Translations under genes and position numbers: made by a program
Notes under the pieces: model-generated
What the model was told of the DNA's origin: nothing
Seen by the model: only the letters and a program-made list of their open reading frames with translations
Database searches by the model: none
In this document: piece after piece, positions 37,681 through 47,560 of the stretch
How positions within the stretch are numbered: the stretch's first letter is position 1
Layout: the number at the start of each line of letters is the position of its first letter
Assembly (NCBI GenBank): GCA_048938025.1
Contig: JBHLMP010000009.1
Span: forward strand, 8,106-72,105
Direction: 5' to 3'
DNA from: Promethearchaeota archaeon
Lineage (GTDB): Archaea > Asgardarchaeota > Lokiarchaeia > Sigyniarchaeales > SOKP01
DNA: 64,000 nucleotides

Positions 37681-38115
37681 ATGTCAAGAATAGAAAAAGC
37701 AGTTTCTCTCTTTAAGGATAAATTTAACTGTGCCCAATCAATATTGAGTAGTTATGGTATTCAATATGGACTAGATCAGGATACAGCTCTAAAATTAGCT
37801 ACGGGTTTTGGAGGTGGGATAGCTCGATTCGGCAGGACTTGTGGAGCAGTGTCAGGAGCGTGTATGGTTATTGGTTTAAAATATGGTATGGGGATAAATG
37901 AGGAGATAGAACTGAAAGAAAATACATATCAGCTTATAAGAAAATTTTCCGATCGATTTCAAGAAATTAATGGTTCTGTGATTTGCAAGGAATTACTTGG
38001 CTGCGATATTAACACCCATGAGGGTAAAGACTATTACATTCAAAATGAATTCTTTGAAAAAAAATGCCTTCACTATGTGAAGAACGCTGCAGAAGTTTTA
38101 GAAGAAATATTATGA
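37681..38115 (+). CDS. C_GCAxxG_C_C family protein
   Basis: Contains FNCAQSIL, GRTCGAVSGACMVIG, CKELLG and KCLHYV in the family-defining order. Confidence 0.8.
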   Translation: MSRIEKAVSLFKDKFNCAQSILSSYGIQYGLDQDTALKLATGFGGGIARFGRTCGAVSGACMVIGLKYGMGINEEIELKENTYQLIRKFSDRFQEINGSVICKELLGCDINTHEGKDYYIQNEFFEKKCLHYVKNAAEVLEEIL

Positions 38116-38149
38116 TAGAATTAAAGAAAGAAATTACAATTTATAAAGA

Positions 38150-39088
38150 ATGTCAATGACTGAAAATGAAAGAGAGCTTAAAAAAGAGGATTTACAACAT
38201 TTATTGAAGGAAAAGCTGCAAAATCTGAAAGAATTAGAACAAATTGCCAAAGATTCGAATTATATTAAGGAGTTAAGCGATATTGCTCTTATACAATTAG
38301 AATTAGGGATGTATAATGACTCTGAAAACAATTATTTAACTTGCCTAAAGCATTTTAAGAAACAGAAAGATAGATTTGGACAAGCTGCTACTTATGGAGT
38401 ATTAGCTACTTTATCTTTTAAAATAAACGATTATCTAAAATCAATAGAATTTTATGAAAAAGCTTATGAAATTTATAAGGAATTAAAACAAGTCCAAGAG
38501 CAGATTGCTTGTTTGAAAGGAATTGGAAATAATTTAATTAAGTTAAATAAATTGGAGGAAGCATGCGACATATTTTTAGATTGTAGCGCAATATGCTCCG
38601 ATCATAATGATATTTACAATTTGTTAGATTGTTTAGGAAATTTAATTTTTATTCATGAAAAAAGTGAAGAATGGGATATCGTTTTCGAGCTATATAAAAA
38701 AACATTAAAGGCTTTTAAGGAACTTAAAGATAATCGTGGAATAATAACTTCATATTTTAATTTAGGAATTATTAGAAAAAAAGATAATAAACTAGAGGCA
38801 CTAAGGTATTTCAAAAAAGGAACAAATGTTGCTATTGATAGCAATTATACTGAATTAATCATTAGAGGTTTAGGTTACGTAGGTGAAACATTATTCTATC
38901 TTGGAAAGATGAAAGAAGCTAAAAACCAATATGTAAGAGCTTTACATTTAGCTGAGAAAATAAAGGCAAATAACGCTATTATTCAATTACGGATTCTGTT
39001 GCAATCAATTGGATTACAAGATAAAGACATCTTTGATGATTTAAAGAAATATAAAGAAAGTTGGAAAAAGAAGAATAATTTATCTTAG
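38150..39088 (+). CDS. TPR-repeat protein
   Basis: Repeated 34-aa-like units with A/Y/G periodicity (e.g. YEKAYEIYKELKQ, ALRYFKKGTNVA, QYVRALHLAEK). Confidence 0.7.
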   Translation: MSMTENERELKKEDLQHLLKEKLQNLKELEQIAKDSNYIKELSDIALIQLELGMYNDSENNYLTCLKHFKKQKDRFGQAATYGVLATLSFKINDYLKSIEFYEKAYEIYKELKQVQEQIACLKGIGNNLIKLNKLEEACDIFLDCSAICSDHNDIYNLLDCLGNLIFIHEKSEEWDIVFELYKKTLKAFKELKDNRGIITSYFNLGIIRKKDNKLEALRYFKKGTNVAIDSNYTELIIRGLGYVGETLFYLGKMKEAKNQYVRALHLAEKIKANNAIIQLRILLQSIGLQDKDIFDDLKKYKESWKKKNNLS

Positions 39089-39109
39089 ATGCTATTCAAT
39101 TAAAATAAT

Positions 39110-39265
39110 CTATCCATGATGTTTTAACTTCTTATAATCATCTCTTGTAGCTTTCCTAAGTGAATTCTTATCATATTTTTCAAAGAATTCAGTTAAAGCA
39201 TGAGTAAATTCTCCACAAGAGTCACAAACAAACTGATATGTTTTTTTAAATAATTTACTATCCAT
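39110..39265 (-). CDS. possible small protein (51 aa) with one CxxC
   Basis: Own translation gives MDSKLFKKTYQFVCDSCGEFTHALTEFFEKYDKNSLRKATRDDYKKLKHHG. It fills an otherwise empty 255-nt gap. There is no homology evidence. Confidence 0.25.
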   Translation of the reverse strand: MDSKLFKKTYQFVCDSCGEFTHALTEFFEKYDKNSLRKATRDDYKKLKHHG

Positions 39266-39343
39266 AATTTACCATTTTTTATTTATATTGTTTCTATCTG
39301 TAAAAAAATGATCCTTTACATTATTAGTTAAATTACAAATGTT

Positions 39344-40060
39344 ATGATTCAAGCAATTACTTTTGATCTGTGGAATACTTTATTCACCAACAAATTTTAT
39401 TCAGATATGCGAATATCTTTTTTCACTAATTTTTTGGAAACAAGAGGAATTATTCATTCTTTTAAAATGGTAAAAGAAGCTTTTTCTTTAGCCTTTAATT
39501 TACCGCCAAGAAATTTAGAAAGGATTAAATATCACCATATTTATACCATGACAAGAATTTCAAAAATGCTCGAAATTCTTGAAATCAAATTTTCTGAATC
39601 TGATAAGAATCTTATTAAACAAAATTTTGAAGAAGTTATGTTAATAGATCCTCCACCATTAAAAACTGGCGTAAAACAAACATTAAAAAAACTATCTTCT
39701 AATTATAAACTTGGGCTTATTTCTAATACAGGAGTTACACCAGGTAGAATTATAAAGAAAGTTTTTGAAAACTATAAAATACTCCAATATTTTCACATCA
39801 CACTTTTCTCTGATGAGACGGGATTTTATAAACCTAGCCCTATAATGTTTGAAACAGCATTAAAGAACTTAAATTGTGAACCACAGAATGCAATCCATGT
39901 AGGAGATCTTTTAGAAACCGATATTAAAGGAGCAAAAGAATATAATATGTTAACAATATGGATTAATGATTCATTTTCATCACGATCTATAAATATTCAA
40001 CCTGATTTTGAAATACAACAAATCCCAGAACTAATTGAAATAATTGAGAGATTAAAATAG
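39344..40060 (+). CDS. HAD-superfamily hydrolase (subfamily IA-like)
   Basis: Motif I ITFDLWNTLF, motif II LISNT, motif III/IV K...HVGDLLETDIKGA. Confidence 0.8.
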   Translation: MIQAITFDLWNTLFTNKFYSDMRISFFTNFLETRGIIHSFKMVKEAFSLAFNLPPRNLERIKYHHIYTMTRISKMLEILEIKFSESDKNLIKQNFEEVMLIDPPPLKTGVKQTLKKLSSNYKLGLISNTGVTPGRIIKKVFENYKILQYFHITLFSDETGFYKPSPIMFETALKNLNCEPQNAIHVGDLLETDIKGAKEYNMLTIWINDSFSSRSINIQPDFEIQQIPELIEIIERLK

Positions 40061-40216
40061 AATAAATAAAATTGTTTTTCAAGTTAGTGGTTTTAAATCA
40101 GTAAATATCATTAGATATAATTTCTTAAAATTAGAACTAAATAATTATAAATAAGGTAATTTTCATTTTAAATTAAAGAAATTTTGAAAAGTAATAATTA
40201 TTTTTTTCGAATTTCT

Positions 40217-41668
40217 ATGAAAACTTGCCCTTATTGTAAAAAGTACATTGAAGATCATTGGAAATATTGTTATAACTGTAATAAACCATTAATCACTAAT
40301 ATCGATGATGATTTAAGTAGAACTATAAAACATTCTTATATTGAAGAGCCGCACTATAGCTCCAAATTAGAAGAATTAGAAGAGAATAATTTACAATATG
40401 ATAATATCGTTATTAATAATGAGGAAATTGAGCGAAAAGTTAAAGAGATTGATGAAGCTTTAAAAGAGAAAGAAGCATTGGGAGATCCTATACCCGGCTC
40501 TTTATTATTGGAAAAATCTAGTCTATATTATAAAAAAAGAGATCTACCTAGTGCTCTTAAGTATCTTGAATTAGCGTTAAAAAATTTCAAAGCGGAAGAG
40601 GATCTAGTCAATGAGGCGATTTGTCACAATGAAATAGGGATAATTCAAGAAGATTCAGGATATTTTGATCAAGCTATTTACCATTTTAATAGAGCTTTAG
40701 AAATTTTAAAAGAAGTAAATGATTTTCAAAAGTTAATCAAGGTTTTAAACAATTTAGGAAACATTTATCTCTTAATAAAAGATTTAGAAAATTCTCACAA
40801 ATATTACCAGGAAGCGCTTAATCTTTCAGAACAAGAAGATCTCATCACTGAAGAAATAAAATCAGCTAGTAATTTAGTTGAAGTTCTTTTCATGTTAAAA
40901 GACGGAGGGAGGATTAAAAAAATCTTATCAAGAAATTCTGAGTTCTTTAAAGAGAGAGAAGATATCTATGGGATGATTCAAACACATATTAAATACGGGA
41001 AATTGTACTATAATCTAGAAGGAGATTATGATCGAGCATTTCAAAGTTTAAATGATGCATTAGAATTAATAAATAGAATAAAAGATAACGGTTCAGTTTT
41101 TATTAAGGCAAAACTTGAGTGGGAATGTTTTCTTTATCTTGGAAAATTACATCTTTTATGGGAAAACACTTTAGAAGCCGAAAGTTTATTATTAAAAAGT
41201 CTTGAAGCAATTAGAATTTTCGAAATATCAGAGGATATTAAAGAAGGAATAGTTTTAGAAAATCTTGCTAATTTGTATGAATTTAAAGAGGAATATCTTA
41301 AATCAATTGAATATTATAATTATTCTATTGAAATTTATGAGAAATATGGTGATAAATCTAAGATTGCTGAATTAAAAACAGCTATTGCTCAATTATATTT
41401 AGATTTTCTTGACAATAATTCAGAAGCAATTAAACATTTTGAAAGTGCACTTGAGATTTTTGAAGCTTTAAAATATTTTAAGGAATGTGCTGATATTCTT
41501 CAGAAATTGGGAGATGTCGCCGTGGAAAGAGGAAAAATTGAGTCTGCTTTAATTAATTTTAAAAGAGCAAAAAATTATTATAAAGAACTCCAGGATGATT
41601 ATAATGAGAAGAATGTAAATGAGAAAATAAATTCTATATCTGAACCAAAATTTAATTTAGATGATTAA
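40217..41668 (+). CDS. zinc-ribbon plus TPR-repeat protein
   Basis: Starts MKTCPYCKKYIEDHWKYCYNCNKPL (double CxxC), then multiple TPR-like units (YYKKRDLPSALKYLELAL, AIYHFNRALEI, YYQEALNL ...). The track offers a TTG start at 40184. Confidence 0.7.
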   Translation: MKTCPYCKKYIEDHWKYCYNCNKPLITNIDDDLSRTIKHSYIEEPHYSSKLEELEENNLQYDNIVINNEEIERKVKEIDEALKEKEALGDPIPGSLLLEKSSLYYKKRDLPSALKYLELALKNFKAEEDLVNEAICHNEIGIIQEDSGYFDQAIYHFNRALEILKEVNDFQKLIKVLNNLGNIYLLIKDLENSHKYYQEALNLSEQEDLITEEIKSASNLVEVLFMLKDGGRIKKILSRNSEFFKEREDIYGMIQTHIKYGKLYYNLEGDYDRAFQSLNDALELINRIKDNGSVFIKAKLEWECFLYLGKLHLLWENTLEAESLLLKSLEAIRIFEISEDIKEGIVLENLANLYEFKEEYLKSIEYYNYSIEIYEKYGDKSKIAELKTAIAQLYLDFLDNNSEAIKHFESALEIFEALKYFKECADILQKLGDVAVERGKIESALINFKRAKNYYKELQDDYNEKNVNEKINSISEPKFNLDD

Positions 41669-41673
41669 AGGAT

Positions 41674-42330
41674 TTATTCTAATTCTTTATCTAATGCAAA
41701 ATCATTTCTTTTATAAACTTTAACGCCATATTCTTCAAATCCCATTGAATTTATGAAAAATTGTGAAGCAGAATTCTTTTCATACACCTCGCAACGAAGC
41801 TCAGACACACCTTTTTCTTTGAAGTAATTCCATGCTTCAAGCCCAAGGACAGTTCCTAGTCCTTTTCTCTGATAGCGTATCTCTACTCCTAATCCGCAGA
41901 TGATTCCATATTCCTTATTCGGACCTTCTCGATCAAGGATAATAAAACCAGCATCATTACCGTAAACCCTTGCGATAAGAATTACGGTATCTTGATAGTT
42001 ATAGATATCTTTTAAAGCCTCAATAGTAATAGGTGAATATGGTTCGTTTGAAGTCAACCACGCTCTATTATATATATTTTTTATATTTTCTAGATCTTCT
42101 AATTTAGCTTCTCTGATCTTAGCACGAAGCATATTTTGCTCAACTTTTTTTTTAATTTTAAGTTCAAAATCAGAGGTAATTTTTTCAATGGGTAACCTCA
42201 TTTGGATGTACTTTAAACCAACATTAATTAATTCATCCTCTATATCTTCTTTGCTTTTAGAAGATTTTTCATAAGTTAAGAAAAGGCTTCTAATTCTTTT
42301 CTTTTTTAAACTTAATTTTGATTCAGACAT
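41674..42330 (-). CDS. GNAT acetyltransferase with ~90-aa basic/helical N-terminal extension, paralogue A
   Basis: Contains LGVEIRYQRKGLGTVLGLEAW (motif A) and CEVYEKNSASQFFINSMGFEEYG. It is a paralogue of the next gene. Confidence 0.75.
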   Translation of the reverse strand: MSESKLSLKKKRIRSLFLTYEKSSKSKEDIEDELINVGLKYIQMRLPIEKITSDFELKIKKKVEQNMLRAKIREAKLEDLENIKNIYNRAWLTSNEPYSPITIEALKDIYNYQDTVILIARVYGNDAGFIILDREGPNKEYGIICGLGVEIRYQRKGLGTVLGLEAWNYFKEKGVSELRCEVYEKNSASQFFINSMGFEEYGVKVYKRNDFALDKELE

Positions 42331-42393
42331 AATAATCTATTAAAAAAAGATAACATTTAATGAATGAGACTTAATCAAGACAAAAAAAGTTTA

Positions 42394-43080
42394 CTAACCA
42401 TTATCATCAAAATCAAAATCTCCCTTCTTATATGCCTTAGTTCCATATTCTTCAAATCCTATCCATTTAATAAAGGAATAGGATGTTTTATTGTCTTTAT
42501 AAACCTCACATTTAAGTTCTTTAACATATTTATAATTTTCCTTAAGAAAATTCCATGCCGCCATCCCTAATATCGTACCAAGTCCTCTTCTTTGATAACG
42601 AGGCAATACTGCTAAAGCGGCAATTACAGCACACTCTTTATATTCTCCTTCAAAATCAAGAATCACAAAAGCAGCATCTTTACCATATACTTTACCAATC
42701 AAAAACACTGTATCTGGGTCTTCAAAAATCTGTAATAAAGATGTTTTTGTTATTGGTCTAAAAGGAGTATTTGATGTTAACCAACTTTTATTATATAAAT
42801 GCTTAATGCTGTCAAGATCACTAGTATTAGCCTCGCGTATGTTTGCATGCAAAATGTTGTGATTAATTTTGTACTTTAATTTATCTTCAAATTCTTCAGT
42901 GATTTTATTAACAGGAAGCCTCATTTGAACATAAACCATGCCATCTCGATATAATTCCTCTGCTGTTTTATCTAATTCTTCTTTACGTTTTTTTTTCGCT
43001 TCTATAGAATGAAAAAATGCCCTAATCCTTTTCTTTTTTAGATCTAATCTATTTTTGAAATCTAATTTCGATCCTGACAT
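42394..43080 (-). CDS. GNAT acetyltransferase with ~90-aa basic/helical N-terminal extension, paralogue B
   Basis: Contains LAVLPRYQRRGLGTILGMAAW and CEVYKDNKTSYSFIKWIGFEEYG. The N-terminus (RLPVNKITEEFEDKLKYKINHNILHANIREA) is colinear with paralogue A. Confidence 0.75.
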   Translation of the reverse strand: MSGSKLDFKNRLDLKKKRIRAFFHSIEAKKKRKEELDKTAEELYRDGMVYVQMRLPVNKITEEFEDKLKYKINHNILHANIREANTSDLDSIKHLYNKSWLTSNTPFRPITKTSLLQIFEDPDTVFLIGKVYGKDAAFVILDFEGEYKECAVIAALAVLPRYQRRGLGTILGMAAWNFLKENYKYVKELKCEVYKDNKTSYSFIKWIGFEEYGTKAYKKGDFDFDDNG

Positions 43081-43102
43081 GATTTAAGAAAAAAATTAAG
43101 AT

Positions 43103-44734
43103 TTAGGGTAAAAATACGATATTTTCTCGTATTTTTCTTTCAATTAAATCATTTATGAAAAGTTTATTCCTTAATTTAGAAATGCCTGTCTGAATTATTT
43201 TCTTAAGATTAAGATCTTTAATCAAATTTTTCTTTTCGCATGAAAATTCAAAGTTAGACCTAATAGCCATATCATCTTCAAGTCTTTTAGTTAATGTATT
43301 TTTTAAGCTGGTAAAAGCATCAGAGACGGGTTCATAAAGATTATTAGGATCACTTCGGATAAAACCTGGAAAAACGATATTCATATATTCTTCCATTTTA
43401 CCTTCATCCTCGATAAACATGGCATATATAGGCATATAAATCCATTGTATTGGCCTAGAAAACAATTCTGATTGATCATCAGTTAAAGACCATCCTACTA
43501 AAGCTTGAGTTTCATGCAAACAATTATCTTGTTTAATTTGTATAATTTTTTTAATATTTTCAAAAGATTTCTCAATTTTATTTTTTAAAAACTCTAATTT
43601 AGATATATTTTCTTCTTTCTCGCTTTGAAATTCGGTTAATAATTTATTTCTATCTTTTAATTTGTTATCCAAAGACTCTTTAATACTTTCTAATTTACGA
43701 TATGCTTCGTTATCTATTTGAATCGCTCGTTCTTTTAGCTCAATAAATTTTTGGTTTAAATTATCTAATGAATCTATAAATTTTTGACCTTCTTTATTTA
43801 AGTAAGAAAAATGATTTTCAAAATGAGGTAAAAGATCCTTGAAAACTTTAGATTTTAAAGTATCTCCATGACTATAGAATTTATTATTTTTAAGTATTTC
43901 CTCCAAATGATGTTCTACAGTTTTAAATAGAGTTGAAATGCTTTCAATTACTTTCTTTTTCTCATTTACATTCCATTGATCAATTTTATCTTGTTCGAAT
44001 TTTACTTGATCATTAATTTGAGTTGGGTCTATTGTCGATGTTGTTTTACTTATTTGACTAGAATAACGTAAATTAATATCCTTAAGTTGAACATTTAGGT
44101 CTATTAGCCATTTTTCAACCTCTTTTCCAATTAACTCAATTTGAGTTTTCCACCTTAATGAGTTACCTTTCATAGTATTTATTAGATCGCGATATTGCTC
44201 TGCAATATCTAAAGCGCTCTCTGTAGTAATACTAGTATCTAAAACCGTATATTCAGTAATAGGTTTATATTCTATAAAGGGAATTATTTTTATTAAAGCT
44301 TGAAGAAATTCTGGATTAATTAAACCATTTATAATGAGCGTATGGTATTCAGATTCTTCAGTTTCTCCAATCTCTTCCGCTTCAATATCCTTATATGTTA
44401 ATACTTCTATTATTTTATTCAATTGTTCTGTTTTCGTTCTATTATCAATATTTCTTAAAAGATGTCCTATTAATGGTTGGCGTGGTGGATTCGAGAACTT
44501 ATCTTTCTTACTAAATAGTAATAAACCATCTAAAATTATATGAGTACTAACAACACCTTGAACACATAATAATGGCCAGAGAAGTCTCGAAAAAGAAAGA
44601 ATTTTTTCATTTTTGTTTAAATCTTTCGATAAAAGATAAAATGCAAGAGTTAATTCATCATTTTCTTGAATAGCTGGTTGATGAATATCTTCTCTAATAA
44701 AAAATGGTAATAAATATTGATTTCCGTGGATCAT
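43103..44734 (-). CDS. hypothetical protein with long central coiled-coil region
   Basis: 543 aa: a globular N-terminus (~170 aa), ~250 aa of heptad-like K/E/L/I/N-rich sequence, and a globular C-terminus. It ends 22 nt upstream of GNAT paralogue B. Confidence 0.65.
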   Translation of the reverse strand: MIHGNQYLLPFFIREDIHQPAIQENDELTLAFYLLSKDLNKNEKILSFSRLLWPLLCVQGVVSTHIILDGLLLFSKKDKFSNPPRQPLIGHLLRNIDNRTKTEQLNKIIEVLTYKDIEAEEIGETEESEYHTLIINGLINPEFLQALIKIIPFIEYKPITEYTVLDTSITTESALDIAEQYRDLINTMKGNSLRWKTQIELIGKEVEKWLIDLNVQLKDINLRYSSQISKTTSTIDPTQINDQVKFEQDKIDQWNVNEKKKVIESISTLFKTVEHHLEEILKNNKFYSHGDTLKSKVFKDLLPHFENHFSYLNKEGQKFIDSLDNLNQKFIELKERAIQIDNEAYRKLESIKESLDNKLKDRNKLLTEFQSEKEENISKLEFLKNKIEKSFENIKKIIQIKQDNCLHETQALVGWSLTDDQSELFSRPIQWIYMPIYAMFIEDEGKMEEYMNIVFPGFIRSDPNNLYEPVSDAFTSLKNTLTKRLEDDMAIRSNFEFSCEKKNLIKDLNLKKIIQTGISKLRNKLFINDLIERKIRENIVFLP

Positions 44735-44896
44735 TAAAAAAGCCTTCTAAAATAATCTAGTTATTCTTTATTTTATAATTTTAAATATATTTTAATTATA
44801 AAAGATTCAATTTTAAAACTTTGGTCTTTTTTTACATAAAAAAACAAAGTTGGAATGAATGAAAAAACTACAGTAATTGTAAGTTTTTAAACCTAT

Positions 44897-45760
44897 TTAT
44901 TTAAGTTGTTCGTAATTATTAGCTATAACCATTATTAATAAGGCTAATAGAATTATCAGGGGTGGCGTTATTGCTTGAAAATGGGGTAGATTAGCTATTT
45001 CAAGAGCTCCTTGTAATATTCTTCCAATGAAGTAGAGTAAAAATCCAATAGCATTTAGAGCATAAGATTTTCTTAAAACTCCAAAAGTTTTCCATGCTAA
45101 ATATATAAATATAAATGGTATTAGAGCAACAAATATGGGTAAGAACACAAAATTAAGTAAAAATCTACCTATTGGATATTCCCAGCCAAAAATATCTACA
45201 TTGATAGGGTAATCAGAACTTATCCCATAATCATCTACAAAATCTGGATCTATGAATAATCTATCTGATAATGTCAATGCTAGGATGCCTATGATAACAG
45301 GAATTACAATTAAACACCCTCTAATAATATATTTAATATTATTTTTATTTCTAAACCAATCTTTAATGGTTCCAGAAGATTTTTCTTCAATTTGCGTATC
45401 AGGTGGAAATAATAATATTCCAAGTATTCCTACTGCACAAGCAATACCCATCCAAGTGAAAAATGTCGCAAGTCTATAATTTAACATTAAAAATTCTATC
45501 AGTTCATCAATACTAATTGATCCTTCAAGTTCTGGAGCATAATAATAATAAACAATGAAGAACACCCTTCCAATACCTAAACATAAAAATAAAAGGCTAA
45601 AAAACAACCAATACAATTTTTTTGAAGTTCGAAATCTTATTAATGTGAAGTAAAAGAATAGAAGGAAGAAATAACCAACAATTATCCCATAAAGAAGCAT
45701 CTCTATAGATGACCAGAAGGTAATTTTTGTGAAATAATCTTGCAAGATCATAATCATCAA
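44897..45760 (-). CDS. integral membrane protein, about seven predicted TM helices
   Basis: Seven hydrophobic 20-25 aa segments counted by eye. I recognise no motif. Confidence 0.65.
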   Translation of the reverse strand: MMIMILQDYFTKITFWSSIEMLLYGIIVGYFFLLFFYFTLIRFRTSKKLYWLFFSLLFLCLGIGRVFFIVYYYYAPELEGSISIDELIEFLMLNYRLATFFTWMGIACAVGILGILLFPPDTQIEEKSSGTIKDWFRNKNNIKYIIRGCLIVIPVIIGILALTLSDRLFIDPDFVDDYGISSDYPINVDIFGWEYPIGRFLLNFVFLPIFVALIPFIFIYLAWKTFGVLRKSYALNAIGFLLYFIGRILQGALEIANLPHFQAITPPLIILLALLIMVIANNYEQLK

Positions 45761-45908
45761 TCTATTATTTTATAATCTAATTAAATTTGATATTATAACT
45801 TAAAATTATATTAATACTATCTTTTAATTATATAAAAATTTATATTATAAATTTGAATTTAAGGAATTCTTAAAATACAAATATTATCAAAGATTTTTTA
45901 AATCAACT

Positions 45909-47402
45909 ATGAAAATAAAAGACAGCGTTGAGACATTTAATTCATTGATTAAGCGGCGTGGCTTTATATGGGGCCCTTCACCAGAGATTTATGGTGGATT
46001 AGCTGGTTTTTATTCATATGGACCAGCCGGAATGGAATTTAAAAACAATATTCTCTCTCTATTTAGGAAAGAATTGCGATATTTTGGATTTGGAGAGGTT
46101 GAGTGCCCCACTATTATGCCAAGTATAGTTTGGGAAGCCTCAGGTCATCTGGAGAGATTTATTGATCCTGTTATAAGGTGTTCTAAATGTAACACTTTAT
46201 ATAGAGTGGATAAATTCCTTCAAGAAGTGCTGCCAGATCTAATGGTTGATGGATTATCCAATGAAGAAATGGAAAAATTAATAGAGCAATATAATCTTAC
46301 GTGCCCAAAATGTGGAACACCATTTGATAAAATAGAAAAGTATAATTTAATGTTGAAGACCCAAGTAGGAAATAATATAGATGCATATTTACGTCCAGAA
46401 ACAGCAACTACCACATATTTATTATTTAATCGTTTAGATCAAGATGCACGACGACAATATCCTATAAAAGTCTATCAATTTGGTAAGGTTTATCGAAACG
46501 AGATATCTCCGAGGCAAGGAGTCCTTCGAATGAGAGCTTTTGATCAGTTTGAACTTCAGTTGTTCATAAGCAAACAACAAGAAATGGATTTTGAAGATTA
46601 TGAGGAAATTAAAACCAATAAACTTCCGCTATTGGATTGGACACTTCAAGAAAAAAACACTGATAAACCACAATTAATTTCTCTTGAGAATGCTATTAAA
46701 AAAGGCCTTCTCAAAAAACCTGCTTATGCATATTGTCTTTATATAAGCTATTATTTAATTAAAATTTTAGGCATTCCAGAACAATTAATTAGATTTAGAC
46801 AACATTCTATTAATGAGAGAGCTCACTATGCTGATGATGCTTGGGATTTAGAAATTGAAACAAAACAATTTGGGTGGGTTGAGATATGTGGAGTACATGA
46901 TAGAACTGATTATGATTTAAGAAGGCATTCTGAATTTTCGAAACAAAATTTTGAAGTAAGTATGGGATCTGATCCTAAAATTAAAGAAATTCCACAAATC
47001 CTTGAAATTGCATTTGGAATCGATAGAATCATATACACTCTACTTGAAAACGCTTTTAATGTAGAAGAAGGCAGAATTGTATTAAAATTAGATCCACAAT
47101 TAGCACCAAATACCGTAGCGGTATTTCCTCTTGTAAGAAATAAGGAGGATATAAGAAATTTAGCTATTAAAATCCATAGAGATTTATTAGAAAATCGTTT
47201 AGGTTCGTTCTACGATTCTGCAGGTTCTATTGGTAAAAGATATAGAAGACAAGATGAGTTGGGTACTCCATTTTGTATTACAATTGATTATGAATCCTTA
47301 GAAGATAACTCTATTACTATTAGAGAAAGAGATACAATGGAACAAGAAAGAGTGAATATTTCAAAAATTTCTAAAGCAATTAAATTAAGATTGAAAATAT
47401 GA
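45909..47402 (+). CDS. glyS: glycyl-tRNA synthetase, archaeal/eukaryal alpha2 type
   Basis: Contains RRGFIWGPSPEIYGGLAGFYSYGPAG, YLRPETATTTY, FGKVYRNEISPRQGVLRMRAFDQFE, AFGIDRI and an anticodon-domain VAVFPL...IGKRYRRQDELGTP. Confidence 0.93.
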   Translation: MKIKDSVETFNSLIKRRGFIWGPSPEIYGGLAGFYSYGPAGMEFKNNILSLFRKELRYFGFGEVECPTIMPSIVWEASGHLERFIDPVIRCSKCNTLYRVDKFLQEVLPDLMVDGLSNEEMEKLIEQYNLTCPKCGTPFDKIEKYNLMLKTQVGNNIDAYLRPETATTTYLLFNRLDQDARRQYPIKVYQFGKVYRNEISPRQGVLRMRAFDQFELQLFISKQQEMDFEDYEEIKTNKLPLLDWTLQEKNTDKPQLISLENAIKKGLLKKPAYAYCLYISYYLIKILGIPEQLIRFRQHSINERAHYADDAWDLEIETKQFGWVEICGVHDRTDYDLRRHSEFSKQNFEVSMGSDPKIKEIPQILEIAFGIDRIIYTLLENAFNVEEGRIVLKLDPQLAPNTVAVFPLVRNKEDIRNLAIKIHRDLLENRLGSFYDSAGSIGKRYRRQDELGTPFCITIDYESLEDNSITIRERDTMEQERVNISKISKAIKLRLKI

Positions 47403-47560
47403 AATATTAACCTTGTTAATAAATATTCTATTTTTGCGTAATATTTGGATCTTTTTATTATGTTCCAAAAAAATTTTAAAGAGAAGGATTTTTTAAAAAT
47501 ATAATTCAAATATAAATCTTTAGTTTGACAATTTATTATAAAAATTGAATACAAATTACA

